The notes under the pieces: model-generated
What the model saw: the letters and a program-made list of their open reading frames with translations, nothing else
What the model was told of the DNA's origin: nothing
Database searches by the model: none
Made by a program: the position numbers and the translations under genes
Shown here: positions 39,301 to 51,300 of the stretch, in pieces
Layout: every line of letters begins with the position of its first letter
Position numbering within the stretch: the first letter of the stretch is position 1
NCBI RefSeq assembly: GCF_964355755.1
Contig: NC_092671.1
Location: 32,746,304-32,810,303, forward strand
DNA: 64,000 nt
Source: Antedon mediterranea
Lineage: Eukaryota; Animalia; Echinodermata
Direction of reading: 5' to 3'

Positions 39301-42300
39301 AAGATCAAGGTCCACAAAAAAAAAAAAAATAAAAAAATAATTAAAAAAAATCTCGATTTCAACTGTGAAAGGCTGGATATAACCATTACACCAAACTCTC
39401 ATCCACAACTTTGTAGTGTGCAGTTAGCCTTTTTACACTTAGAACTAATAAAAAAAATTAAAAAATATATATATATATATATTTTCCGGAGACATTTTAT
39501 GTAGGGGAATTTTACAGTAGGCGGAGGTTTGTACTCTCGGAGTACCCTCTAGTTAGTGTTGTTATTAGTTGTTAGTGTTAGTGATTTTTTTGTTTGACAG
39601 CAGGAAATTACAGTGTTTTCGATGAAAACATCAATATACTTATCTTGTACAGACCTGATCAAATATGGACTATTTACCATCATTGAGAACGCCAAACAAT
39701 TAGGATTGGGGTATTGTGATGTTATTATTATTATTATTATAAATATCAGAAAACTAATATTTCTAATGTGAATGGTTCCCGCATTGAGAAATTCAGTTTT
39801 AGATCACTCAACATTACCTCTCATCCTTCATTGCTTCATCCTGAGAATTTTCTCTCTTTTTTCTTCCCATTGGATTTCTGCCCTTTGACCCAATCATACT
39901 CTTAGATCGTGATGCTTTCTCTGGTTCAACAGTCTTCTCTGTGAACATAAATGAATTTTTAATAAACAAACCAACATATACTGTAATATATTATAGAACA
40001 TTAACTCTCTTCAGGAAAATATCAGTAGAAATTTCAGAATAAGAGGCCACACACACACACACATCATTTTTGTTGTTTTAAAGCAGACTATCATTGACCC
40101 TTGACATCACAGACTTATTCATTTGCAGCTTTCAAACCCTTACCTTTAGCTGGTGTGCTTGTTGGTGCTTCATAAACATCGGTTTTTTGGAATTGCTTTT
40201 GATAATTAATACTACAACGCAGTTTTTCATGTTGTTGAAATCCGATTGGGCGATATACCTTAACGTTTAAGAACCAATCGTATTCAGGTTCATGTGTCCA
40301 CACATCGCTATCAACTAACTGAGGAACGAAAGTTTGCGAATCCGTCTCAGTTGTATGCAACACTGGTTTGATCTCTCCTATAATTTCTGTTTGCATCCAT
40401 GATTCTTTGGTCTGTACCTTGCGTTCTGTGTGGGGTGCATTGCTGTATGGCATTCCTCTGGATGGCCGAGGAAGAGATCTTGTACGCTGCAGAGAAAAAA
40501 AAATAGTTTGACAAGTAATATTGTTTACAAAAAATAAAATTAATGCTTGGTTCCCACTAGGATGTAACGCACGTAATTTGACCAATCACAAGCAAAGAAT
40601 TATCAGAACTGTCGTTTGTAATTGATCAAATAGCTTGCGTTGCACTTACATCCTTATGTTGCCTCCCTAGTGGGAACCAACCTTAAGAATTACCCATAAT
40701 ATTATATTTCTGTGGGAAACCGGAAGTACCGATAGGGGGATCTATAGTGTAATCATTCAGGGGCGACGGACATGCGCGGTAGAATAATTTAGACCGGAGT
40801 ATATATAGCGGCCCGCATGTGGGTACAGGTTGTGCATATCCCTCGTGGCTGAGTAGAGGCAGTTACTATACCATTTAAATTGTCAGTTATTTGTTTTCAG
40901 GTATGTTGTAATACTATATCATAGATTAAGATATGAATCATTGAATCAATTGTTGTATTTAGTCACGGTAATGAATAGTAGTATTGGATTAAACGTGTTA
41001 TTTATGCTCATATATGTAATTGTAATTGATGGTAGAATGAATCGCCGATACACAGTGTGCGAGTTCGGATTCCAATATGGCGACCAATATAGTGGTCGTA
41101 TGTAGTTGTGAATAGTATTATGTTAAGAATCTGGTTTACATGTTTATTAATAGATTGGGCTGAATGGAGATGAAGGTTTAGTAGATGTGTATGCACCATT
41201 CCAAAATTAACATCGTTTAATTTTTTTTATTAATTTTTTTATTTCAACTTTATTTATAGAGGGTAACCCTTCCAGCTGAACCCGCAGGCCAGCTGATATT
41301 CAGGGGCCCTCTTAAAAATGACAAAATATATAAAACTATACTTAACTAATACGAATCTATATACATTTAAATTTACAACAATTATATAAAAAAATAATTA
41401 TCCAAAAAAAAAAAAAAAATTCAATTAGACAATTACGATAAAATGTGTTTTTTAAAATTAAATTTAAACGAGTTAATATTGGTACATTCTTTTAAATTAG
41501 AAGGTAATACATTATATAAAATATTAGCAGAATAAATAAAAGAGCGCCGGAAACATTCCAATTTAACTTTGGGTATAGATGTGGTTATCACTTGTTATAT
41601 ATAATTGATAATAATGTAACACTTATGCGATGTGTATGTATTGTACTAAAGATAACGTAATGCGTATAACAATGGTTAGCAATTGTTCAAATGTGGATTA
41701 TTATGTATGTTTGTTTGTTGTATTTATAGGGGTTTTTTCCAAGAGATGGCTGATTGTAGTTTATGTGATAAATGCCAGTGAATATGAATGTGAATTCGAT
41801 TGTGGCGGATTGTAGTTTATGTGATAAATGCCTGTGAATATGAATGTGAATAAATGAAATACTGATGGAAATCAATGCTGCCTTCATATGATTGTGTCCG
41901 ACTGATCTCGAGCTACCACATTTCAATGGAAACAAATATTTGAAAAAATACCCTAAAATGATCCATATTGGTCACATTGTCCAACTACTTTTTAGGCTTT
42001 GAAAAGAAACAATAGTGGTACCTTGCTTAACTGCGATGGGGCATCATAGTCATCCATGTCAAAGTCTTGCGTCTGAGCGGTTGCTCGTGCTGTGCTCACT
42101 CCATCATTCTCATACTCATCTTGTTCTGATTCACCATCACTGAAGTCTAGTTCAGTCTGAAAATGACAACAATAACTTTATTATAAATGTAAATAGTATA
42201 AAGCTCTGTCTACACTATCAAACTTTATGTGACAAAAAAAGTGTGATGTGCCCAAATATGGTGGTGATATGCCCGAATATGATAGTGATATGACATCATG

Positions 42301-45300
42301 TCCATATGGGAACATCACATTTTTTGTCACATAAAGTGTAGACAGAGCTTAAGAGATTAGCAATGGCTATCTGTATAGTCTTTGGTTTAAGGTACATACC
42401 GAACTGATTCTTAATTCTTCAGGGACAATTGATTCACTCTGTGACTTTGGTCGATCAAGTTCTGGTTCATCCTCTTCATCTTGCCTCTTCTCAATTGAAT
42501 CTATGTATGCATGTACATGCTCCATTCTAATATAAACACAACATTACATAATTCTATATATAAATTTACGTAAGGGCAAAATTCGGTAAATCTCGGTTTA
42601 TTTCTAGAATTTCTACTCGATGGTATATAAAGTTGTAACCCTGTTTACTAATTAAATTGAGTTAGGTAATTAGTTATTGACGATTAAAATGAATTTAGGT
42701 TCAACGATTTGCCCCAAATAGGGGTGTTTTCCGATCGTGGTATACACTGTCTAATGGATGTCCATCTTGAAAAATACCCGCCACAAAAATACGAGGAGGC
42801 TTCGCATTTTCCTATCTCCTCCTACGATAATTGTTTTTAATATTCAATCGACTAGGACGGTGATAATTTCAACAAAGTATTATATCGCAATGTTTTACTG
42901 TGTTTAGTGGTATATTATTTGTAAAACATATAAACAATAATAATAATAATAACTGGTACTTGATATAGCGCATTATGCTGAAAGCCTCAATGCGCTTTAC
43001 AAAGACAGAACAATTTAGAAAATTACAAATTAAAAAGGTGGGTTTTGAGGAGAGATTTGAAGACACTGGTGGAAGTGGCCTGACGGATTTCAATAGGCAA
43101 CGCATTCCATAGAGAAACGGATGCCGAAGAAAATGAACGATTTCCATAAAACTTAGTGGAAGGATGAGTTAATATATGGGCAAGAAGAGATCTAAATCTC
43201 AGAGACCGCTTAGGAACATAAGGTTGAATAAGTTCAATTAATATTTTGTTACTAAATTGATAAAGAATATATTTAAAAATTGTTCCTCATTGCGCCCATC
43301 CTCTTCCCCATCCCTCAACCCTAATGTTACATACAAAACACAAATTAAGTTTGTTTAAATTTGACTTAAACAATTGGTCTCATTTTGTGACAAGTTTCTC
43401 TTTCGGAAGTAATTCCCGGGGTGCTAATTTTAGTTGAGTACATAAATCACAGTGTCTATTTATTCGTTCCTGTAAACGACATGTATTATTGTCCTGCGGT
43501 ACGTACATTTGAAATCGCCAGTTTTTTAACGCTGAAATTATTATGTATTCGAGAATTATCTGTTGGCACGACCTAGATGGTACGCGAGCGAAGCGAGCGT
43601 ACCATCTAGTTTATTTAAATTAATATACTGTATACATTATATAATACATTTTTCATTTTCATATCTTGGATACTGTATATTTAAAGTCCCATTATCTACG
43701 TTTTAGATATAATTTAAGGTCACAAATTAATTTAATGTTGGGTTTGGTTGGACTTGGTGTTTAGGAGGATTCCAGAAGATCACTAACCCAAGCTTTGCTT
43801 TCTGTTTAAAGGTGTCAATCAGGAATTTCCATCTCCTACCATGACCTTTGCAACTTGTCAGCTTCGAAAACAACTTCTCCCAGTTCATGATGCGTTTCTC
43901 GCGCTCAATCCTGCGGGACTGCATGTCAAGCAATTGCAGACGACGGATCGCGATATTCAACTGTTTGTGTTTGGTCTCGTAATCAGTATGTAGTTTCTTT
44001 AATGCAAGACTTTTCTCTTCCCATGGTACCGAGTAAACACGCACCATTCGAACTAGCTCTGTGATTGGTGTATACATATCAGAGGTACTGAGTAAATACA
44101 AATGAAAGATTCTTTAGGAAAAACTCAAAATTGTGAAAGATTATTGTGAAAAACATGTTTTTTTAATGTCAAGATTATATAATCGCCATGATTTATTTAT
44201 TTGTCTATCAGCAAAATTATGTGAAAACTACTGATTTTGTCAACATTTTTACATTAGATGAACCATAAACTACTACAAATATACAATAGTTATGTGAAGA
44301 ACTATGCAACAGGTATTCTTTTATGAAAAAAATCAGACTAGGAAAAAATCTGACCGATGCTTTTAAGCTTGTAAAATGATATTGGAAAACAAAAATACCT
44401 TCTGTACAGTTTACCAGCAGTGATTGCTAATTGTGCCATTAGTGTTGGAGGGATGGAGTGAAGAAGTAATTCATCTTTTACTGCAAGAAACTATAAAACA
44501 AGCAAAAATGCATCTTGTATCATGAGTAAACATTTAAAAGGGTGATAATAAATGCTTACGGGAGGTACTAGATGCACCAATTAGATAGGAAGAACAAACA
44601 GGCTTTTGAGAGTGCAGTTGTTAAGGGAGGTGGCCGCATACGGAGGTTCAACTATATGTAAAAATATGTATCATGAGGTAAACATTTAAAAGGGTGATAA
44701 TAAATGTATCTGTAGTGATAACAAGGTTTTCCATGAGGCAATTTCCAGAACTTTTGTAAAAAAGGTTGAAAGGTGCAACCACTAAAGCACTATCAAACTT
44801 TATGTGACAAAAAAATGTGATGTGCCCTTATACAGTATGATATCACTACCATATTTGGGCATATCAGTACCATATTTAGGCACATCACACTTTTTTTGTC
44901 AAACTAGTTGGATAGCGTAGACAGAGCTTTAGATTATTTTTTTCTGACACAAAGATCAACTATACACCTGAACTTTTCCCTACATACTGGAGCTGGAACT
45001 TATAATTCAAACCCACAGAAAGAGAATAGAGTACAAGGACAAACAATGGAAAGTTTATGGCAATCTATAATTGCCGATGAAAATAAATTGTGATTGAAAT
45101 ATTAAACAAATACTGCAGTATTTACATCAGCTAATGCAGACTGAACAAGTGTTATGGAACTAAGAACACCATCACAAAGCATATCAAACTTATTTGTTGT
45201 ATCAGGTTTTGATGATGCAGGAGTTTTGATAGATGTTCGAGCTTCCGTTTCAGTCTGAAGAATAGAAATTATAAACAAAATATCAATCAAGGTGTATTTG

Positions 45301-47532
45301 TACATAAATTAGATAAAGGGAAAAATTATATAATTAAGTAAGCGGCCACTCTCGGGACCGAGAAAAGTGGACGCTTACGGGCGGTGGCCGTTTTTCCAAG
45401 TTTTAACCAATTTTGTTGGCAACAATGTCAATTTATATAAATAACTTTTAGCTAGGGCCTAGACTTACTTGGCTTGTTTCCCTCGTTGGTGGTGGGGGTA
45501 GTGGTGTGATTGCAGGTGTGTCACTTGTTGGCTCAGCCACATTTTCAGTTTCTTTTTCAATAACTGGTTCTAAAAGCTTAACTCTCTTTGCAGAACCTTA
45601 AAAAAAATATATTGGCGATTATTAATTATTGTTATGAATAAGTGTGTGTGGTGTATTATGTTTCATGTAGAGAAGGGTTTCTATTGATTGAGAATATAAT
45701 TGTCTATGTAACCTACAGTGCAAGGAACAAAACATAATATATGATATTCATAGAAACAAAAAAAGTGGTAATTAACTCATTTCTTTATCGTGCCACGGCT
45801 TTAACCAGCTATATCCCCAGAGGACTCATTCAGAAGCTATATCAAGCAGAAGCTATAGTTCTAGAGGATGACAGTTTTGTCATTTTGTGAACTAGGACAG
45901 GTCATGCACATCTGGGAGAAGAGAGTCTATGAAATTTGCTGATAAATACAGTATTATTGAGATGCATGTAGATGATAATCTGTAAAATCTTGTTTAATAA
46001 ATAATGACTTCGTTCTTGCTGTCAAGGTAGGCCGGTATTATAATTCACTGTCAAATAATCAAAACTTTTTTTTGGCTGTCAACCTCTAGGCCTAGGGCCT
46101 ACCTAAATGCTGCTACCTACACGCCAAGACCAGTTTCACTAACTCTGCGGAAAAAAAAATGTTGGCTCCGCATGATTTCTGGCCTGTCGGTCGAAATTAC
46201 ATGTAGGCTACTTGGTGGCGTTTCATGAATTTTGGTATTCCATAGCCTGCGGCCGAAATGCACTGTCTGTCTGTGACCACCTACTAGGCCTAGGCTAGTA
46301 CTACTACTAGCCTACTACTCTAGGCTAGTAGGCCTACTACTAGGCTAGGGCCTAGCTAGAGTACTAGCTAGAGGCCATATGCCTATACTAGCATTTGCCT
46401 AGCCTGGCTTAGCTAGCTACTATATTACTAAAAATAGGGCATGCATGTGGATTGTCCTTAACAACTACTATATAGGCCTAGCTAGGCCCTAGACTTCTAG
46501 GGCCTAGCCTACCCTACTACTTACTAGCTAGGCCTAGCCTAGGCCTAGGTAGGCTAGGCCTAGCCTAGCTAGCCTATAGTAGCGACTAGCAAAACCGCTA
46601 GAGGGCAGCAGACATCTTTAGGGAATAGACAAGTGTGACCCTTAACCTGTTAAAAAGGGGTCAACTTGCGCATGAATTTACGAACTCTGATTGGCTATTC
46701 AGAAAAAACGAATGACTGTACGATCTTTTCCGGAAAATTCCGATGAAAAATTTGAAATTCCTTTGCCCACATGTCATCGCGATGACATTTTATTTTGGGC
46801 TCGAAATGTTAGTAAAATCAGAAAAAATCGAAAACATGCCTAATATTTTGGGATTTTGCTTATATATTTTAGATATATTTATATTTTAACAGTGTACGCC
46901 TTTGGTTTTACATAAATATCACCTATATTGGATCACAAAAGGTTTTTAATCACCTGATGCTAGGTGAGTAAGCAATTCTAGGCCGCGAAGTGCCTGATGA
47001 CGTCATCACACAGCCTGGCCGAGGTGGGGGTATTCCTCCGGGACATTCGCGCAGTCCGGGGAGAGGGTAAACATAAAATAAGTACTTTCTATCTTATTTT
47101 TGTGATTTTGACACAATTTCCAAACAAAATGTGGTACTATGCAAATATATATTTGTCACCATCAACTTTCTAATTAAAAATATGTTCATAAAATGTATTT
47201 ATATGTGTTTTAGTAGTATTTTCACCCAGTGACTATTTGTGTACAAGGTCACAAACGCGGGGTGGGGATTCCTATGTAAACAAAGGATAGTGATGGTGCC
47301 AAATTTTTACACCTTATTTTATTCATAACTTTCGAAATACTCAATCAATTTTGTTGATTTAAAGTTTAAAATGCTTACGATTATATACTCTTTCAAACTG
47401 AACACTATTCAAATGCAGAAAGATAAATTGAAAAATATATGCCAGTCCCTACCTATAGGCCTAGGAATGTTTAGTTTAGGCCTTACCTGATTCTGGAACT
47501 TTCGTTGAAGGCACAGATGGTGAATCTGTCAT
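33346..47532 (-). CDS. Uncharacterised 19-exon protein (~936 aa; coiled-coil, possible split C2-like region)
   Basis: Exons 47532-47487, 45596-45469, 45254-45126, 44490-44399, 44087-43788, 42526-42400, 42156-42022, 40486-40144, 39938-39818, 38868-38607, 38131-37951, 37612-37467, 37331-37252, 37160-37081, 36591-36455, 35860-35701, 34314-34231, 33841-33771, 33534-33346. All GT-AG, phases chain into an open 2811-nt CDS. Confidence 0.88.
35230..35520. mobile_element. Fold-back element of CAA(C/G)TCGGCC repeats in inverted arms
   Basis: Multiple CAACTCGGCC/CAAGTCGGCC units on the left mirrored by GGCCGAGTTG units on the right. Confidence 0.65.
36690..36970 (+). mobile_element. Degenerate SINE, probably tRNA-derived
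   Basis: TCCTTGGGCAAGAAACTTTAC and CCAGGTGTACAAACGGGTACC core-like motifs, AT-rich tail; weaker relative at ~51800-51990. Confidence 0.5.
38980..39552 (+). mobile_element. Non-autonomous Helentron/Helitron-like element
   Basis: 5' hairpin followed by GT-rich microsatellite, internal AAGGTCAAGGTCA motifs, 3' hairpin GTACTCTCGGAGTAC and CTAG|T end. Confidence 0.55.
42553..43609 (+). mobile_element. Non-autonomous Helitron with both ends, containing a LINE-like 3' fragment
   Basis: 5' TC start; 3' hairpin GATGGTACGCGAGCGAAGCGAGCGTACCATC ending CTAG|T; minus-strand LINE/SINE-like tail at ~42935-43250. Confidence 0.7.
46280..46580. repeat. Low-complexity CTAG/TAGGCCTA cluster
   Basis: Dense TAGGCCTAG, CTAGCTAG and CTACTA units. 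Confidence 0.8.
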
Positions 47533-47925
47533 TGTTTATTCAGCTTCTTATTGTTATTTGATCATATTTTACAAAAAAACGATCTTCGAAAAGGTACCGT
47601 TAGTATAACCGGTTGCTAATGGCTACACAAGTATTACTAGGCCTATCCCCGAAAAAGAGGGCGATGTTTCCGTTAATTGATTTATAATTTAATGGGCCTT
47701 CGATTAAAATCTTTGTGATAACTAAAATTTATTAGTCGCCCTCTTTTGTTTGAAATTAGGACGGGAAAATGAGTGTGACGTAATGATTCTATTTATAGTT
47801 ACAAACAACTTACTTGTACGTCGTGACTGTGTATCATTGTTTGGAAATCACCATTTATGTCACGATAACCTTTTTTATCGTCTGAATATTTATTGTTATA
47901 AGCTATAAGAAATATTCATTACTGG
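47533..47925. promoter_or_regulatory. Probable bidirectional promoter and non-coding first exon of CHMP2A
   Basis: Divergent ATG at 47532 (minus); donor-like G|GTATGT/GTAAGT at ~47925 and acceptor at 48325 upstream of the CHMP2A ATG; CRE-like TGACGTAA near 47776. Confidence 0.5.
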
Positions 47926-48346
47926 TATGTAAGTACGAAAAATCTAATATTATTATTTAAAGTTTCTTAAATTACAGTATAATACTAGGTCTTTCGGCCT
48001 AGCTAGGAGGAGTTTTGTTGAATGTTTTTGAACCGGCGGACAATGTTGATTTGGCTCGCCTACAAATTTAATTGGGATCATCCGGTTTTGAGCCTAGTAG
48101 GGGCCTAGACAACCTCCAGTAGCTTAAATCTTTGACATTGCCTTTGTAAAGTACTAATAAACATTGGGTGCTTCTGTACTTTCGCACCTCAATAATTGAT
48201 TCAATCTCTCGAGCTTAACCCAACTTAATAAAAACATTTGTCTGATGTGCGGCGGGGCAAAGTAGATCCATCATCTGCCCCTTTTACTCGATTCGACCAT
48301 CTTTTTTGTTTTGTAAATTTTTCAGCCATATTAAGCAACAGAAGTC

Positions 48347-51300
48347 ATGGATTTTCTATTTGGTAAACGCAAAACGCCAGAGCAGATGTTGCGTCAAAAT
48401 CAACGGGCGTTAAACAAGGCTATGAGAGATCTAGATAAAGAGAGATCAAAGATGGAACAACAAGAAAAGAAAGTTATTGCAGATATAAAGAAGATGGCAA
48501 AACAAGGAGAAATGGTTTGTGACTGTCGTGCCTTATTATACCATACTTGATGTAGGCCTACCGTACAGTATTACGGTATTATACTGTAGTATTAGTGAAC
48601 AGTATACAGTATATGCATATGAATAAATAATAATATTATTCTATTCTATACAAGTTTTATATGGCGCCCTACAAAGAACAGAGCGCCTAACAATACTTTG
48701 TAACTAATTAAAAGTTGACGTTTAAATAGAGGTGCCGAATTCGCTCCTCTCAACTCGACAGGTAGCGAGTTCCAAATCCGCAGAGTGGTGACAGAAAAGG
48801 CATTGTCAGTGTCACCAGCTTTCCGATTAGATTAGATCCAAAGGGAGCTTTTGATTTACAATTAAGACGACCTATCTACAGCCGATTGTCTGACAGAAAT
48901 TCATTTATGGTTACATTTTTGTGAATAACTTTCATGTACTAAATGTTTTTTTCATGGAAAAATACATCTTTTAAGCTCTGTCTACTCTTCTATCAAACTA
49001 GTTGGACAACAAAATTGTGTGATGTTCCCAAATATGGTAGTGATATGGATATGCCCAAATATGGTAGTGATATGACATCATTATGTCTATATATGGGCAC
49101 ATCATATTTTTTTGTCACATAAGTGTAGACAGAGCTGCTTAAGATTGAAAAAATATGAAATTTGATTATATCTAAACTATTTGTACAGGATGCAGTGAAA
49201 ATAATGGCAAAGGATTTGGTGCGGACGCGAAGGTATGTTAAAAAATTCATTATGATGAGAGCAAATATCCAAGCAGTGGCACTTAAAGTACAAACACTTC
49301 GGTCAACTAATGCCATGGCTCAAGCCATGAAAGGTGTCACCAAGGCAATGGGAAGCATGAATAAACAAGTAAGCTCATATTTAGTTGTATTTTATAATGT
49401 TATGAGTTTTTATGCAATTAAAACCTGCAAATCGGTGTTGTAAAGAGTTCCCTAACTGTGTTAACTGGAATCTACCATACTCTTGCAAATGAGCAACATC
49501 ATTGCTGCCTCATCTCCCACCCTCCTGTTAAAATAAGTTCTACCTGCTAGAGTTCTAATGAACAACTTTTAATTTAGATTGCTGCATATCAACACTTTCT
49601 TGCACAACAGAACGTGTAATTATATTATAAAAATTAAAAAATCATGTAAACTGTAAAATCAGTATAATATTAATTCATAATCATTTTGTATTGTATTCCT
49701 TTGGGAAGTATCTGATGATTCCATCGTCAGAACATCAGAAGTAAAAACCTTATTATTTTCTTAGATGAAGTTACCACAAGTACAAAAAATAATGATGGAA
49801 TTTGAAAAGCAGTCAGAAATAATGGATATGAAGGAAGAAATGATGAGTGATGCAGTTGATGATGCCATGGGAGAGGATGAGGATGAGGAAGAAAGGTTAG
49901 TATCAAGCCAAATGAAAACATGGAATACCTTTCTTATTTTATCTGAAATGACCATGTCTACTAGTACTGTAATTAACTATGCCATGTTTTGTAGCTATTT
50001 CATATCAATGTATCAATCCATGTTTAAAAATCCTTCTGTATGTATTCCATATTTTAGGCTCTTCCCTATGTATTCCATATCTTAAGCTTTTCCCTATGTA
50101 TTCCATATTTTAAGCTCTTCCCATGTATTCCATATTTTAAGCACTTTCCTATGTATTCCATATTTTAAGCTCTTCTCTATGTATTCCATATTTTAAGCTT
50201 CTCTATTCCATATTTTAAGCTCTTTCCTATGTATTTCCATATTTTAAGCTCTTCTCTATGTATTCCATATTTTAAGCTCTTCCCTGTGTATTTCCATATT
50301 TTAAGCTCTTCCCATGTATTCCATATTTTAAGCTCTTCCCTGTGTATTTCCATATTTTAAGCTCTTCCCATGTATTCCATATTTTAAGCTATTCCCTATG
50401 TATTCCATGTTTTAAGCTATTCCCTATGTATTCCATATTTTAAGATCTTCCCTATGTATTCCATATTTTAAGCTCTTCCCTATGTATTCCATATTTTAAG
50501 CTCTTCCCTGTGTATTCCATATTTTAAGCTCTTCCCTATGTATTCCATATTTTAAGCTCTTCCCTGTGTATTCCATATTTTATGCTCTTTCCTATGTATT
50601 CCATATTTTAAGCTCTTCCCTGTGTATTCCATATTTTAAGCTCTTTCCTATGTATTTCCATATGTTAAGCTCTTCCCTATGTATTTCCATATTTTAAGCT
50701 CTTTCCTATGTATTTCCATATTTTAAGCTCTTCCCAATGTCTTCCATATTTTAAGCTCTTCTCTATGTATTCCATATTTTAAGCTCTTCCCTGTGTATTC
50801 CATATTTTAAGCTCTTTCCTATGTATTTCCATATGTTAAGCTCTTCCCTATGTATTTCCATATTTTAAGCTCTTCCCTATGTATTCCATATTTTAAGCTT
50901 CTCTATTCCATATTTTAAGCTCTTCCCTATGTATTCCATATTTTAAGCTCTTCCCATGTATTCCATATTTTAAGCTCTTCCCTATGTATTTCCATATGTT
51001 AAGCTCTTCCCTATGTATTCCATATGTCAAGCTCTTCTCTATGTATTCCATATTTTAAGCTTCTCTATTCCATATTTTAAGCTTCTCTATTCCATATCTT
51101 AAGGTCTTCCCTATGTATTCTATATTTTAAGCTCTTCCCAATGTATTCCATATTTTAAGCTCTTCCCTGTGTATTCCATATTTTAAGCTCTTCCCAATGT
51201 ATTCCATATTTTAAGCTCTTCTCTATGTATTCCATATTTTAAGCTCTTCCCAATGTATTCCATATTTTAAGCTCTTCTCTATGTATTCCATATTTTAAGA

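Noticed and set aside
46615-47452. Kolobok-like MITE in the first intron of the 19-exon gene
   Set aside because: Ends match only loosely (TAGGGA..TCCCTA) and no clean TSD was found.
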